A DNA stretch of 64,000 bases, from NCBI GenBank assembly GCA_977016875.1, contig CDRNST010000166.1, positions 2,418,001 to 2,482,000 on the forward strand. Reading direction: 5' to 3'. The notes under the pieces are model-generated. The model saw only the letters and a list, made by a program, of their open reading frames with translations. It was not told the DNA's origin and made no database searches. A program made the translations under genes and the position numbers. Position 1 is the stretch's first letter. The number at the start of each line of letters is the position of its first letter. This DNA comes from Pavona decussata (Eukaryota). This document shows, one piece after another, positions 36,901 to 49,900 of this stretch.

Positions 36901-39900
36901 AAGTCATATTCTCTGTTTAATTCTATATCTCGATTTGCATTACCTATAGGTGAATACAAAACTTGACGTGCCATAGTATGGCTTGTTAATAAATTCAAAT
37001 GGAAAAGACGAAATGGTAACCCTGTTAGGAGCATGGGGAATGAACTCAGGTTCAACTCTTGAAAACGGATTCGTATGGATATATAGTATAAATACTGTTA
37101 AAAGCTTGTATCACTTACAGGAATTGCTTGTATTGATTCTCATTTATATTTTTCTTGTTTTATATCTGTTTGTTAAGATCGCCTGAGTAATAGTTTATCG
37201 ACAATCATTACCTAAAACCTTATGTTTATGTTTTTCTTCCTCTCTTCCGTATAGTGAACTGAAACAAATGAAAAGTGAAGGAAAGAGCTGCGAAGAGCAG
37301 GTGGGTTTATACAAACTAAAACGGAAATAAGCTCCTTGCACTAAGAAGTCACGTGACCCACATCTCCAAAATCGCAGAATTACGTTTAAATGCAAAAGGC
37401 CTGTTAATCAGTGGTCGCGTTTTTCTGGAGAATGTCAGGAGCTTTAATGCTTGAACTCTCATCCAAACTTCATATTTCCGTGCAACTTTAAACCGTAAAG
37501 AGGGAATCGAAAATGTTTTTATTGAAGTTATCCACTCACTGCCATACTTATCTATGGANNNNNNNNNNNNNNNNNNNNNNNNNNNNNNNNNNNNNNNNNN
37601 NNNNNNNNNNNNNNNNNNNNNNNNNNNNNNNNNNNNNNNNNNNNNNNNNNNNNNNNNNNNNNNNNNNNNNNNNNNNNNNNNNNNNNNNNNNNNNNNNNNN
37701 NNNNNNNNNNTCATTTCCTCTTATTTAGATCTCCATAGTGAAAGAAGCACTTGATCATCACGAAGAGGTGAAAAAGTGAGTAGATTTTTTGTTTTGAAAT
37801 ATGTGCTTTCCTCTGACCAAACGACTGCCAGTGATCCTAAAGTTTATGGACGAATAAGCTTGATTTATTTTCTGTTTAGGGAGCAATTGGATGTGAACAG
37901 CGACCTTCAAAAAGAGAACAACCAGTTTGTAAGTCTCCTTTTAACTTAAATGACCTTTAATTGCGGACCACAGGAGATACCACTATCGTTCCAAACCTTA
38001 GGACTGAGATATCGCCTAGAAAGAAAAGTATAAATGTGTTAAGATAAGCGATGTTGAGAACACCAAGTGCGACAATTTAACACATTGTGTAACAGACAAT
38101 AAATGTTCGGATTAAAGTTGTTCGGAGAAGAAAAGTTTCGCCTTCACTGTTTTAAGTGCTTTCGTAATTAATTTATTCTAGACTGCGGCCTTGGATGGAG
38201 AGCACAGGAGAGTGGAGGTACTTTGCTTTAACTGCGCTAGCTGATGAATAAACCGCTCTGTAAAGACTACTTCTAGACCTCAAACAATAGATACGTCAAA
38301 CAGTATTTCTGCGATAACTATAAGTTTTGAAGTCGGTAGATTGAAAGAAGAACAAACATACAAGCAAAGACGTAAACAAAAACAACAACAAATAAAAAGG
38401 GATCATTCCCAAAATATAGCCATAAGCCGTCAAAAAGTCATTTTCCGAGTTTTGTCACATATATATGCTATGTTATTTCATTACCATGCTCCACGGATGG
38501 TTCTCATCTTGTTAGAAAAGTAAAGTGAAAGCCAATCGGAAACTCACTTGCAGACACAGTTTTCCCGCTCTTTAGGCCAGTTTCTTGTAGCTGTCTGAAG
38601 TTTTATTTGATTGCCTCATTAGGTTGCAAATGTTTGTTATGATTGGTTGAAAGAATTTAAATTGGTTTCTATTTAACGAAACTGCACACAAGACCGCCTT
38701 ATGTTCTCAAGAGTGATATAATTGGTAAAGAGAAATCTTTAGATTCAGTTTCGGAGCATGTACCTTCTTTTCATGTCATTTTCTTGATACTAAAACCAGG
38801 AACTACCATAAAAATCGAGGCACTTGTTTTGATCGAAAACCACACAGACTATGAACACGGAAAACAATTTTGTTTCGTTACCTACAACTGTCAAAGAGAA
38901 GCCCGCATGAAATCTTTGTTACATGGCAAAAACATTTATTCAAACTGAGTTATTTTTCTACATCTTGTAGGTATTTAAAGCACAGATGGAAAGGTAAATG
39001 GCAGATTGGCGAAATTTTAAAATCTTCTTTCATTCGTTTCGTGTAAATGTAAGGTATGCTTAAATACTTGTGTTTGTCTTAATAGTGAGATGGCAGGAAT
39101 GCTCAACAAAATGGAGAACATGAACAAGGTATTGAAACTATGAAAGCTTCTGGTTTTGGTCACGTCGCCAGGAGTAGGGAAAATGCAGCATTTTCTTGTT
39201 TAAGGTTCATTCGTGGATGGGCCCAGCCTAGTTTCCAAGCTTTAGCGTTGTCAATACAGGAAGTGAGCTGCGTTACAGGCACGGGTTCGAGATGCGACGT
39301 CAACTATAGTGGTAAATCTTCGATAACGCGTCCACGAAGACTGGAATCCAGGCTCAGATAGGGCATGGCTTTGGCTGGATTGAGCGAAACAAAATGGATG
39401 GGTACGGGATTTCAGGAATGTAGGAATGTGATGTCCGGGAAAATGGATTAAATTAGTGGATATAATGTACCATTGTTGACGGATTTCTGGAAATATTTGA
39501 CAAAGTTGTTAAGAATAAGATTAAAAACAGTGAAGTACGAAACACTGATTAATCAGCGCAGCGCCAAAGTGGAATCTGGCTTTAACGGTGCGGGGTGGCA
39601 AAAATTTATGGGTGGTATTTAAAAACTTCTATCGCTTGATATAAACCCTTGCTAAAGAGCACATGCATTGCTTTGCCATAATGGCAACCGGGAGATAAAT
39701 CATGACCTTGCTACTTTATTCCCTTGCTATCCAATCTAAAATCACCAGCCCATCTATGATCCACGAACCGCTATTGTCAAAGAGAATGGTGCAGACTTTT
39801 GATTTTAGCAGGAGGCCATGATGAAAGAATAGTATTCTTCTTGTAAATAATTTGTTTGTTTGTTTTTATTTTCGCAGTCAGTTTCTCTGGAAATAGATGA

Positions 39901-41745
39901 ACTAAACAGGTGAAACAGCCTTTTCATGCTTCAAACCTATTAGCTCGAGTTTTTTTTAATCACAACTTCGCTGTTATTTTAAACATCCCTGCACAAACTG
40001 AAAATGAATTTTTAATTAAGGACGCGAACAATCTATGGAAAGTAAATAATTGATACATTTATACCATAACTACTATTATTTCAATTTAGACAGGGCTCAA
40101 GAAAGGTCGAGGAGTTTGCCGTTTGGTGACAACAGGTGAGAAAGAACGAAAGAAATGTTACTTTAGCACATCTCGTTGTTGTTTGCAATTTTCAGATTTT
40201 GACTCAAAACAGGAAACTCAGTGAGTACTGGGGAAGGCGTGGCAAAGGGCACTTACCCTGAAGTTATTTCACATTAAACGTTCAATGAGACACCTGAAAC
40301 AAGCACAAAATACCAGGACATCAATTTTTGTAAGCTCTTCTCTGATGGCTTAGCGAGACAGGCCCAAATCCGTATTAACCCTGATTTCAAAAGGTCCCTT
40401 GTGAGTCATTATGAAAAGTACATTGTTCATTTAGGATCAGTAATCCTTGCTTCTCAAAGTTATTAGTTTAACTGCTATTTTCTTTTCAGGCTGTGAAGGA
40501 AATCTCAACCAAAGATAGGTATACGTTCAACAAAGTAGAGGATCCAGCTATTTAAACTATTTCATCAATGCCACAACGATCATTTTTGGAGCTGTAGTGA
40601 CTGTAGCGAAGTGAGAGAGCTGGCGTAACTAAGCAAAGCTTGTTGCGCTTTGTGAAGTTCCACCAGCTCACTGGAAGGAATGATAAGGGCCAGTCATACT
40701 TGATAACCGTTTCAGTTTGTGATTAGTTCGGGTTGGATTACACTGCAATTCTCAATGCATTATAAATATTATAATTAAAGAAGTAAGGATATGATTACCA
40801 AGCACAAGAGACTGAGAACTCTTTGAACTCTTTGAGAACTGAGAAATTTTTAATATTAGTTTCAAATACTTTCCTGGACAATCTGTGAGTAAGATCGTTT
40901 TTTCTGTTTTCTCTCTTACAGTGAACTGACAGAACTTAAAACAGTTCTTGAACCACCGCAGGAAGTAAGTATTGAGAAAACATTAGTAATATGTAAACTA
41001 AATCACGCGAGGAGCTAAGAAACTAAAACCATAGGTACGACACAAAGTCCGCTGCACTGAGCAATCTTTGTATCTAACGACAGAATTAAAATATTTTATG
41101 GTTATACCAAAACAAAACAAAAAAAAAAATAGAGATTCTGGACTAGGTGCGAGTCTTCCTCGTGCTATATTATAAGTAATTTTTGAATGACAATTAAGAC
41201 TTCTGAAGAAAGTCGATAACATAAACGCCAGTCTTCTGCAACGATCGGGTTCGACACAACCCTCCCACAGTGAGTCTACACTGCCCCTACACTACCCTGT
41301 ATAGGATCTGAATTTCCACTGCCCAAACTTCAGATAGAAGCCAAACGATAACAAGAAAGCCAATTGCCAGAGGAACTTGCAGTACCAAATATTGCTTGCT
41401 CATGTGCGATATTCTGAACACTGATGTCTGCAAACGGAGTAAATTGAAATTAGAGTAGTTTTCTTCTAATAAGATGTATGAATTAATGACATGTTATCTC
41501 CTCGCCAGTTTCCAACAAGAAAGAAATCCAGGAAATCCGGAAGGGTTATCAGACTGCTATGCAGTTTTTTTTTTGCTGCCACCGTTAAAATAAGAAACCT
41601 TATTTTCTATCAGAGTGTAAATAATCTGCTGTTTTGTAAATTGAATACTGTACATTTTTTCTACATCAAACTGACGTGAACAATTTTCCTTCTCGTTTTA
41701 ACAGACGGAAGGAAAAACTGCAGTCGTTTTATTATGTGTTTAAAT
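30946..41745 (+). CDS. Micro-exon coiled-coil gene, copy B (5' exon missing; TGA in 15th exon; may be a pseudogene)
   Basis: Exons 30946-31007, 31257-31320, 33348-33391, 33544-33592, 33982-34001, 36141-36186, 36851-36882, 37255-37300, 37729-37775, 37880-37928, 38182-38217, 38971-38993, 39086-39128, 39878-39909 and 40090-40135 splice into one 210-codon open frame ending at TGA 40127-40129. Further candidate exons: 40196-40220, 40490-40518, 40922-40964, 41509-~41544, 41705-. Confidence 0.75.
31445..31634 (+). mobile_element. 5'-truncated non-LTR retrotransposon 3' end in an intron
   Basis: Insertion relative to copy A (GGAGATGA|AAAATGGG). Ends AATAAAAACCTTAAACC; TGA on both sides. Confidence 0.5.
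34747..35296 (-). mobile_element. Nested non-autonomous hAT-like element with a transposase C-terminal remnant
   Basis: TIR CAGGTGCGTAG / CTACGCGCCTG, GATAT on both flanks. Minus strand MRRLNNYMRCTMRESRMSALVLMHIKHD resembles the hAT dimerization region. Confidence 0.7.
35335..35476 (+). mobile_element. Degenerate Penelope-like terminal fragment
   Basis: CTGAAGATG...GTCACCAACAACAGTTCT...ACTGATACTCCTGGGTTC resembles coral Penelope ends (recalled). The hammerhead GAAA box is lost. Confidence 0.35.
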
Positions 41746-44700
41746 AAATATTTGTTTTGACAGTTTGAGCTAAATTTCATTCTTTATCCTTTCGCAAATA
41801 TTGAAAAATGGCCTTATTCGGAACTGAATCTGTAGTGCTTTTCAGAAATGACACAGATTGCCAGAACAACAACTAAAACTGCAATTCAATAAGGAGGGAG
41901 GGAGAAGGAGGGGGAAGGGGTTGGACAGCGAGAGAGAGGGAGGGTTCACGAAGTCTATCCAGTCCAGAAAGATGGGTTGGAAAAGGAAGAGGGGGTCGGG
42001 AAGTGCCCAGTGCCCAGTACCCACGCGCATAAAATAACGCAAGGTAGATCATTTATCTGCGTGATTTCCATGTAGAATCAAAAAGATTGAAACAAAGTGG
42101 AGGAAGTCACTTCCTGCGAGCAGATCTGAGCGAGTCTTAATTACCAACGTTTAGCTCCCTATACAAGGAGGATAATCGGTCCGGCTCGTCGCTAACGGCT
42201 ATGACGTTTGTGTGCTTCGTGTCATTGCATCAAACAATGCCTTTGGGTTTTCAAACGTTATTAACAATTTAAAGTTCTTCCTCTCTTTTAAAGTGGGCAA
42301 CTCTACTTCGCATTTAGGCAAAGTCAAAGTTTCTTTTTGCTGCTAAATTTTATTCAGTCCGTGTTTGGAAACCCAGTCTGTGAAGCTCGATTTAGTACCG
42401 CTGAGCAATATATATTTGCAAAACCAGTATGGTAACCAAATGCTTCCCTTCAAATGCCCAAGCATAATGACGGTTACCCACTAGTGTGTCAGTTTAAGAA
42501 AAATCCTATTATTGTGTATCTATTAATGCTATGGCGTTTGAAAGTGGACTGTGATGTTCAGTTTTTACGAAAGTCTATCTCTAAGAAATTAAACTGTGAC
42601 TCAAGGAAGTCGTCCCTAGGTCCAGCCTCTACAGTAACAAACATCTTATATGGCGCCGAATTCCTAACATCAAAAGGCGCTACCGATTTACGTGAGCAAA
42701 TAATGAAAAACTGACTATTTGAATAAACATCCGACAAAACGAGATTAGAAAAAAGTTCTTAGAAAAAATATGTACCAGTTGATAGTTTCTTGTCTAACCT
42801 ATCGAAGCTGCGTCGATCACAGTAATATTGAAAGATAATTATGTTTTAAACAAGAAGTTCCGATATAAAAGGGCAAGCTCCTTCTTCGTTTCACACCTTT
42901 GTAGGCGTGATATCAAAATTTAGACGCCGTTTACTCGTGGCAAGTTGTTGACTCGTACTTCCTCCGAACAAATATGCCTCAAAATTTCATAATCTCACCA
43001 CAACAAAATAAGATATCAAGTTCTAGTTTGTTTCACGGGGTTAATTCTTAAAACTAAACCAATTGTATCGATAAGGGTCGTAGAAAGACATATGTTGTTT
43101 GTCAGTTGTTTACGCTCTGATGGTTGATTGACAATTGAAGGTGAGAATGGCCTGACCAGGCCCTTTATACCGAACTTCCTGTTTCAGACAATTCAGTGTT
43201 GATTTATTTCCCACTGAGATTCAAAAGTGGTCAACAAACTTGATCTTAACTGGTTTATACCGAACAGCAATCAGCTTTTAGTGCAACTTCAATGGTTCGT
43301 GGTGATACTCTTAGCGGAACCGCTGATTCAGAAGTAACTAAAACAGAAAGAGAGAAATAAAACGTCTGTCAATGAAAAATCCCTCAGAAATTATGTCGCA
43401 TAATTATCCCGAGTATTTCTCGGCAAGAGCCCATCAGCGTTGATTCTTTTGGCTTTACCTTTACGTTAGGAAACGAATACTAATTTTAGTTTTCCTTCTT
43501 ACAGACAAGTTTAAATATAACTTGTAACGTTGCATTATTTAGCCTCTTGTTGGATTTTGCATTGTGATTTTATTGTATTTTAGACGTAATTTGTGCGTAA
43601 TTTTTTGGTAAATTTGATGGACATTGGTACGTCCGTTCGTTCGTTCACTAACAATGCGCAGGTGCAAAGCAACCAATTGGAGCCTAATCCCTCATCCTAC
43701 AGAAATAAAAGGCTACTGAAATACTATTAACAACGCCGCTCAAAGAAAAGGAAACGTGAGATGTCTGCACGTACGCTGTAAGAGTTTGGACTGGGTTAAA
43801 AAGAAAACACCCAGTCCCAATGAAAATTTACATGTCTACTAAAATTGATCGAAAGAAGAGCTAATTTGATGCAAATGAGCGGCATGTTTGTAGCAAGATT
43901 CAGTCTCACCAGTTAAAGCAGTTTTAGAGCCAAGTTGGCGTTATTCACGTTATCAAGAAACGAGGTGAGTAGCAATACTTTATTATAGCCCAATCAAGTG
44001 AAAAAATGGTTTCTCTCAGAAGTATATCACGCGTTTTAAAGGTAGGGTTCAAATGCAGATGGTTTCATAAACTCCAATTAAGTTTGTTGTGAGCGCCGTT
44101 TCCTGGTGAATGTAATGTGGGGTTGTTGCAAGGCTGAAACATTAAAGCAAACCTGGAATAACATTATTATTTTGTGCTTCTCTGTTAACATTCCAGTAAA
44201 GTTTCAGTCCACGAAGATCACTGTTAGTAAGAAAGACAATCTACTGAAGGCAACGTCAGTGTTGAGCGGCGAGTTATATTATATAAATATCATGAATAAA
44301 TAGCGATGAATTCAAACACTTGTCGAATAAAAACTGACGGTTTTACTCAAATAATGAAACATAAAGAAAGATATAGTATTTGACACGTCACGATTTTGAA
44401 AGAACTATCTTCCTTCTGAACGCCAGGACGTTCCGTATAATGGTCGGTCGCCAACAACTGAGCTACAAGGTGAGGTGAAGAGCTGGATCATTTAGTACAA
44501 ATTTCAAGGAAGGGAAGAATATTTTTTTAGAAAAGATATCGTTTAGCTCATCAGTTAAGTCAGTTGTTCTACCGCAGGTAAGACAAATACGAGGCTAAAA
44601 CAAGTTATGAGGCGATGCTCCTCTTTATTAATGCAGATGGCTAAATGACAAAAGAGTTTACAAAAGGAAACCGCATGGTTTAATTTGAGCTCATTTCTTT

Positions 44701-46094
44701 AAAGAACCTTGGTTATGCACCTGCCACTTTTAGTAGTTCCTTGTTTATACTTAAGATACATTTTGGGAAAGTTGGGTGTGCCTTTATTGATAGTTTTCTA
44801 GTTAATTCAAGCATTTTATCTTTTGAACGAAAAAAAAAAAACCCGGAAAAATTTCGTTACAAAGAAGTCTGTATATCTGGCACACTTCCTGTTTAGTTAT
44901 TCATACTTCTATCTGTTTACTGTTAATTGACATCCTCGTCTAGGTTAGAGAAAAGAACCAATTTCCCACGCCAAATATCTAGTGAGCGATGATTTGCACG
45001 AACTTCGATGTCCTCGCGATCAAAACGAATAAATTGAACAAGGATAAAAACAACTAAAGAAATTAGAAAACCAATCAGATTCTTGCTTTCACCTTATGCC
45101 ATATGATATGGGTACAACTGATGTTTTAGCACAAAAAATAACATCGTTTTAATACGTTTGTTACGTTATGTTTGATCGAAATTAATCTACATACACCTAA
45201 GAACTTCATGTGAACAATTATCATCTTATCAAAACAAGAATTCACCGCATTCGCAGATCTTTAAGATGACAAGAACAAGCTTCAACTAAAGCAGCCTTGG
45301 ACATAGTTCGCCGTTGATAACATCGTAAACGAAACAAGAAATTAAACACTTCGCCACAGCAAAATTGACACGTGTGGGTAGAGTTTGAGACTTTAAAGCA
45401 ACCCCCTTTTCCTAGAGAATATTTGTCGGACTGTTCGGCTGAAGGACTGAAATCTTTATGGAAACAAGGCATAAAATCATTATTTTATGGAAATTCATTG
45501 CGAATTTTTACATCGCTATCAAGATTTCTGTAAATGACGATCCGACGAAATAGAAAATGTAGCGACGATTTACGATTGATAACGATGCGATCAAACACTT
45601 TTAGGAGAAGTTTGGGAAATTAGACGCAGGAAGTAAATTTATTGTTGATATTTTAGGGGAGCTACCGTTCACTAAGGTAGTCAATTTTAATAAGTTAAGT
45701 CAATTTTTTTCTTACAGACAGACCATCATTGGCAAAATACCAAAGGAAAAACTTTCGGAAACTTTGCCTTTCATATTTCAGGTTGTGGATCTTTTGTCCG
45801 GCTCATTTGACAAACATTCATGGTTTTAACTTACGTGTTAAAGGCATTGCTATGACCATATAATATGGACACTGGCATAGCTCATGTCTCACAAAACAAC
45901 TGCGAGACAACTACACCGAACACGAATGAATCATTGGAATAAATTAAAAACAAAGGTCTAGTCTAGGAAATGAAATATTACTCAAAGAGTTCTACTGTAA
46001 GAAACGACTGAACATCTTTTTCTTTACTTTGTTCTTATCCACAGCTTACAACGAATTAACACGAGGAGAAGAAACGTTTAAGTTTTATTGAAGT

Positions 46095-46988
46095 ATGGTT
46101 GGTAACTCTACTAAAGATCCTTCTTTAGAAAAGCTGGGAAATACGTGGTCAAACGTTTTACTTAGTGAATTTATTGTGGTAACTATAATCAACGTCTTCA
46201 CAGTCGTCGCCTTTGTAAGAAATCGCCACTTACGCAAGCGCACTACGTATCTGATAATAAACCTGACTGTGGCTGATTTACTGGTGGGAGCAGTGACGGG
46301 ACCAATGAAGATATTCTTCCCAGATTTCGATCGTCGAAAAGGTTTCAGTTGGCAAGAATTCATAATTTTAACTTCGAGCCTCATATTTCCCCTCGCTTCT
46401 CAAGCCAATCTTTCGTTAATTTCTATAGAGCGGTTGCACGCCACACTTTTCCCCTTTAGGCACTGCTTAATTGAGAAATGGCTTTACTTCAAAGTTATTA
46501 TTGGCAGCTGGATGATAACTTTGCTTCTGGCATCCATGATGTCCGTTCTTGAAGAGCTAGATTTAGTTTTAATTCGGTATTTATTTACAGGTTATACTTT
46601 TCTTACCCTTCTTATCATAACTGTTTCCAATGTTATTATTATCAAAAAAGTCAAAAGTAACCCTCCTCCGCAGCATTTTAGTGCAGTTGCCTCAGAAAGG
46701 AAATTGTCAGTAACCTTAAGCATAGTTACCGTCGTCTCTATCCTGACTATCATGCCGATTTCTATTTGGATGGCAGTTAGTAATGACAAATTAAGTCGAG
46801 CTTCTCTTGTAGCAACACATTTCCAAATATACAAAACGTTAATATTGTTATATTATGCTAATTCTATAATCAATCCATTGATATATGCCATAAGAATGCA
46901 AGAGTTCAGGAAAGCGGTTAAGGAGCTTAGTTGTAAGAGGACTGCAGCGACAAGAGTTGTCCAACCCATTGAACTGCATGCAATGTAG
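46095..46988 (+). CDS. Rhodopsin-class GPCR, copy 2
   Basis: 297 aa with the same motifs as copy 1 (NLTVADL, SIERL, NPLIY). Confidence 0.93.
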   Translation: MVGNSTKDPSLEKLGNTWSNVLLSEFIVVTIINVFTVVAFVRNRHLRKRTTYLIINLTVADLLVGAVTGPMKIFFPDFDRRKGFSWQEFIILTSSLIFPLASQANLSLISIERLHATLFPFRHCLIEKWLYFKVIIGSWMITLLLASMMSVLEELDLVLIRYLFTGYTFLTLLIITVSNVIIIKKVKSNPPPQHFSAVASERKLSVTLSIVTVVSILTIMPISIWMAVSNDKLSRASLVATHFQIYKTLILLYYANSIINPLIYAIRMQEFRKAVKELSCKRTAATRVVQPIELHAM

Positions 46989-49900
46989 TGCATGAGCACA
47001 AACATAAATAATAATAAAAAAAAGAAGAAACTTTAAAGATTAAAAATAATCGAGATTTGGTTTAACCTGATACTTAAGTTAGTTTTTCTATCTTTGTAAT
47101 GAAAGTTTTTAACAAATTATGTAAAAAATGTTTCTTTTACATTTTGTTGGAATACACTGTGTAGTGACAGTTTTTTTTTCTTGGTACAAGGAAAACTTAA
47201 AGTTGCCTAATCTCATGAGCTGTACGATCATAAACTACTGGCTCAAAGAATTTGTTGAATGCGTTATTAGACAAATAATAGGAAGGGCCTTTGGAAGGTT
47301 TCGTTGAATAAAAAAACTATTGACTGTGTTGCTTTTGGTCTTTCCATTGTAGCTTGCTTGTGTAATTAAGAAATCGAAGGAAGATTTTAGGTGGTCTTCC
47401 ACCGATTTGTATTTGTTGCTTTTGTTTTTATTTGTTTGTTTGTTTTTGTTTTGTTTTGTATTCAGTTTTTCGTTACTTTTCTTTTAGTTCCTAAGAGCCT
47501 TGGAAATGGAAGAGGACAGGTTCTGAACCCCACAACGTAACCCTCCACCCTCCATCCGCCTCTCCACTCGTCGTAGAGCATTAAAGCTATGCAAATATAC
47601 GAGAGAGAATATATATTGCGTCTAACACTGTCTCCTTCGAGGCACGTAAATGAAATTTCGTTATTAGTTCTGAAAAATTTAAACAATTTTTATGAAGACC
47701 AACCGAACAAAGGAAAGGTGCCGGTAATCAGAAAAATTTAGGAACTGTGTAACTAACGAAGAAAAGCTGACTGTACAGGTGGGCTATAAACCATATATCT
47801 GTTCAACACTGAAAACTGATTCTCTGTAAAAAAAAAAAAAAAAAAAAAAAAGAAAAGGAGAAGAAAAAAAAATCCTGGCAAAATGAGGTTAGTTTTTTTT
47901 TCTAAAGAATGTTACTAGTTCATAACGTTTTCTTCTATAACTTATAGAAGCTGCGTCGATGTCAGTAAAATTTTAAGTTAATCAAGACATGTGTTTAGAC
48001 ATTTGTTGGCTTATCTGCCTGACTCAGGATGCAACACTGAGATTCAAAGATGGGTAACAAACTTGACTTTAACTGGTTTATGCAGGACTCCATTGGTTCG
48101 TGGTTATACTCTAACCCGAACCGCTGAAGTAACTAGCACAGTTAGAAAATAAGAAAAGAAATAAGAAAAAGTCTGTCAACGATAAATCCCTCAGAAATTA
48201 CGGTGCATAAATTATCTCGAGTATATCGAAGCAATAGCCAATCAGAGTTGATTCTTCTGGCTTCACCTTTACTTTAGGAAACGAATGATATTTTAGTTTT
48301 CCTTACAAGTTTAAGTATATCTTGTTATCGCTGTATTATCTAGCCTCTTGTTGAAATTTGCATTGTAATTTAATTGTGTTTTAAACGTAGGTTTTTGTGT
48401 TATTTCTTGCGTTATTTCCTTCGTTTGTCCGTTTTTTCACTAACTTATTCTAACAATTCCCAGGTGCAAAGCTACCAATTAGAGCCTAGTCCCGCATCCT
48501 AGAGGAACAGAGGGATGCTGTAATACGACTAACAACGGCGTTGCATCAGACGTCTCTGTCGATCTCTGCTTTAAGGAAAAAAAATATGGGATGTCTGCAC
48601 TCAGGCTGTAGCAGCTAAGACTTGTTAAAAAAAATGTAAATGTGATTGAAATTGGGACAGTTAGTAATCAACTTAAGTAAACACAAATTTGCGCTTAATG
48701 AAAATTGTACATGTTTACTAAAATTGATCGAAAGAAGAGGTAAAGCAAGATCCCGTCTCGCTAGTTAAAGGCAGTTCTGAAGCCAAATTGGCATTATTCA
48801 CGTTATCAAGAAACGAGGTGAGAAGCGATATTTTATTCTAACCCAGTCACGAGGCAAGATGATTTCTATTAGAAATATATCAGGTTAGAAATTTAAGTTT
48901 ATTGCGAGTGTCGTTTACTGGTGAATACGCTGTTGGGTTGTTGCAAGGCTGAAACATTCAGACGAACCTGGCATGAGATTATTGCTTTGTGCTAGTCTTC
49001 TAACATTCCGGTGAAATTTCAGTCCACGAAGATCACTGCTAGTGAGACCGAAAGATGATCAAAGACGACCACTCAGTTGAGGCGGCGACTGACATAAATA
49101 TCGTGAATGAATAGAAATGAGTTCAAGCACTTGGTGATCCAAAAAGTGACGATTTTGCTCAAATAATGAAATATAAAGAAAGATGTTGTATTACACATCC
49201 CACGATTTTGAAAGAAAGAAATATCTTCCTTCTCAACACGAGTAAAACCCATGGCGTACCCTATAATGCATGGTAGGTCGCTGACCACTGAGCTACAGGG
49301 TGACGTGGAAAGCTGGATGATTTAGTATAAATTTTTAACGAAGGGAATAATAATTTTTAGAAAAGCAATGGTTTAGCTCACATGTTAAAACAATTCTTTT
49401 ACTGCATGTAAAACAACCAAGAGTATAAAATAAATAATGATGCGATGTTCCTCTTTATTTATGCAGATGGATAAATAACAAAAGAGTTGACAAAAGGCAA
49501 ACGTTTGGTCTTAGCTCAATTCTTAAAGAACTTTAGTTTGTTTGCACTTTAGATACATCTTGGGGAAGTTTTGTGTGCCTCGATTGACAGTTCTCCAGTT
49601 AATTAAAGCAATTTATCTTTTGAATAAAAATACAGTACAGAAAAATTTCGTTAGAAGGAAGTCTGTATACCTAGCACACTTCCAGTTTAGTCATTCGTAT
49701 TTCTATCTGTTTACTGTTAATTAACAATTCATCTTCGTCTAGTTTAAAGAAAAAAGAAACAAATTTCCCACACCAAATATCGAGTGAGCGATGATTTGCA
49801 CGAACTTCGATGCCCTAGCGATGAAAACATACAAATCGACCAATGATAAAAACAACTAAAGAAATTAGACAACCAATCATGTTCTCGCTTTCACCTTATG

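Noticed and set aside
40127-40129. TGA as selenocysteine or readthrough (also 3313)
   Set aside because: No SECIS evidence; a nonsense mutation or a true stop is simpler.
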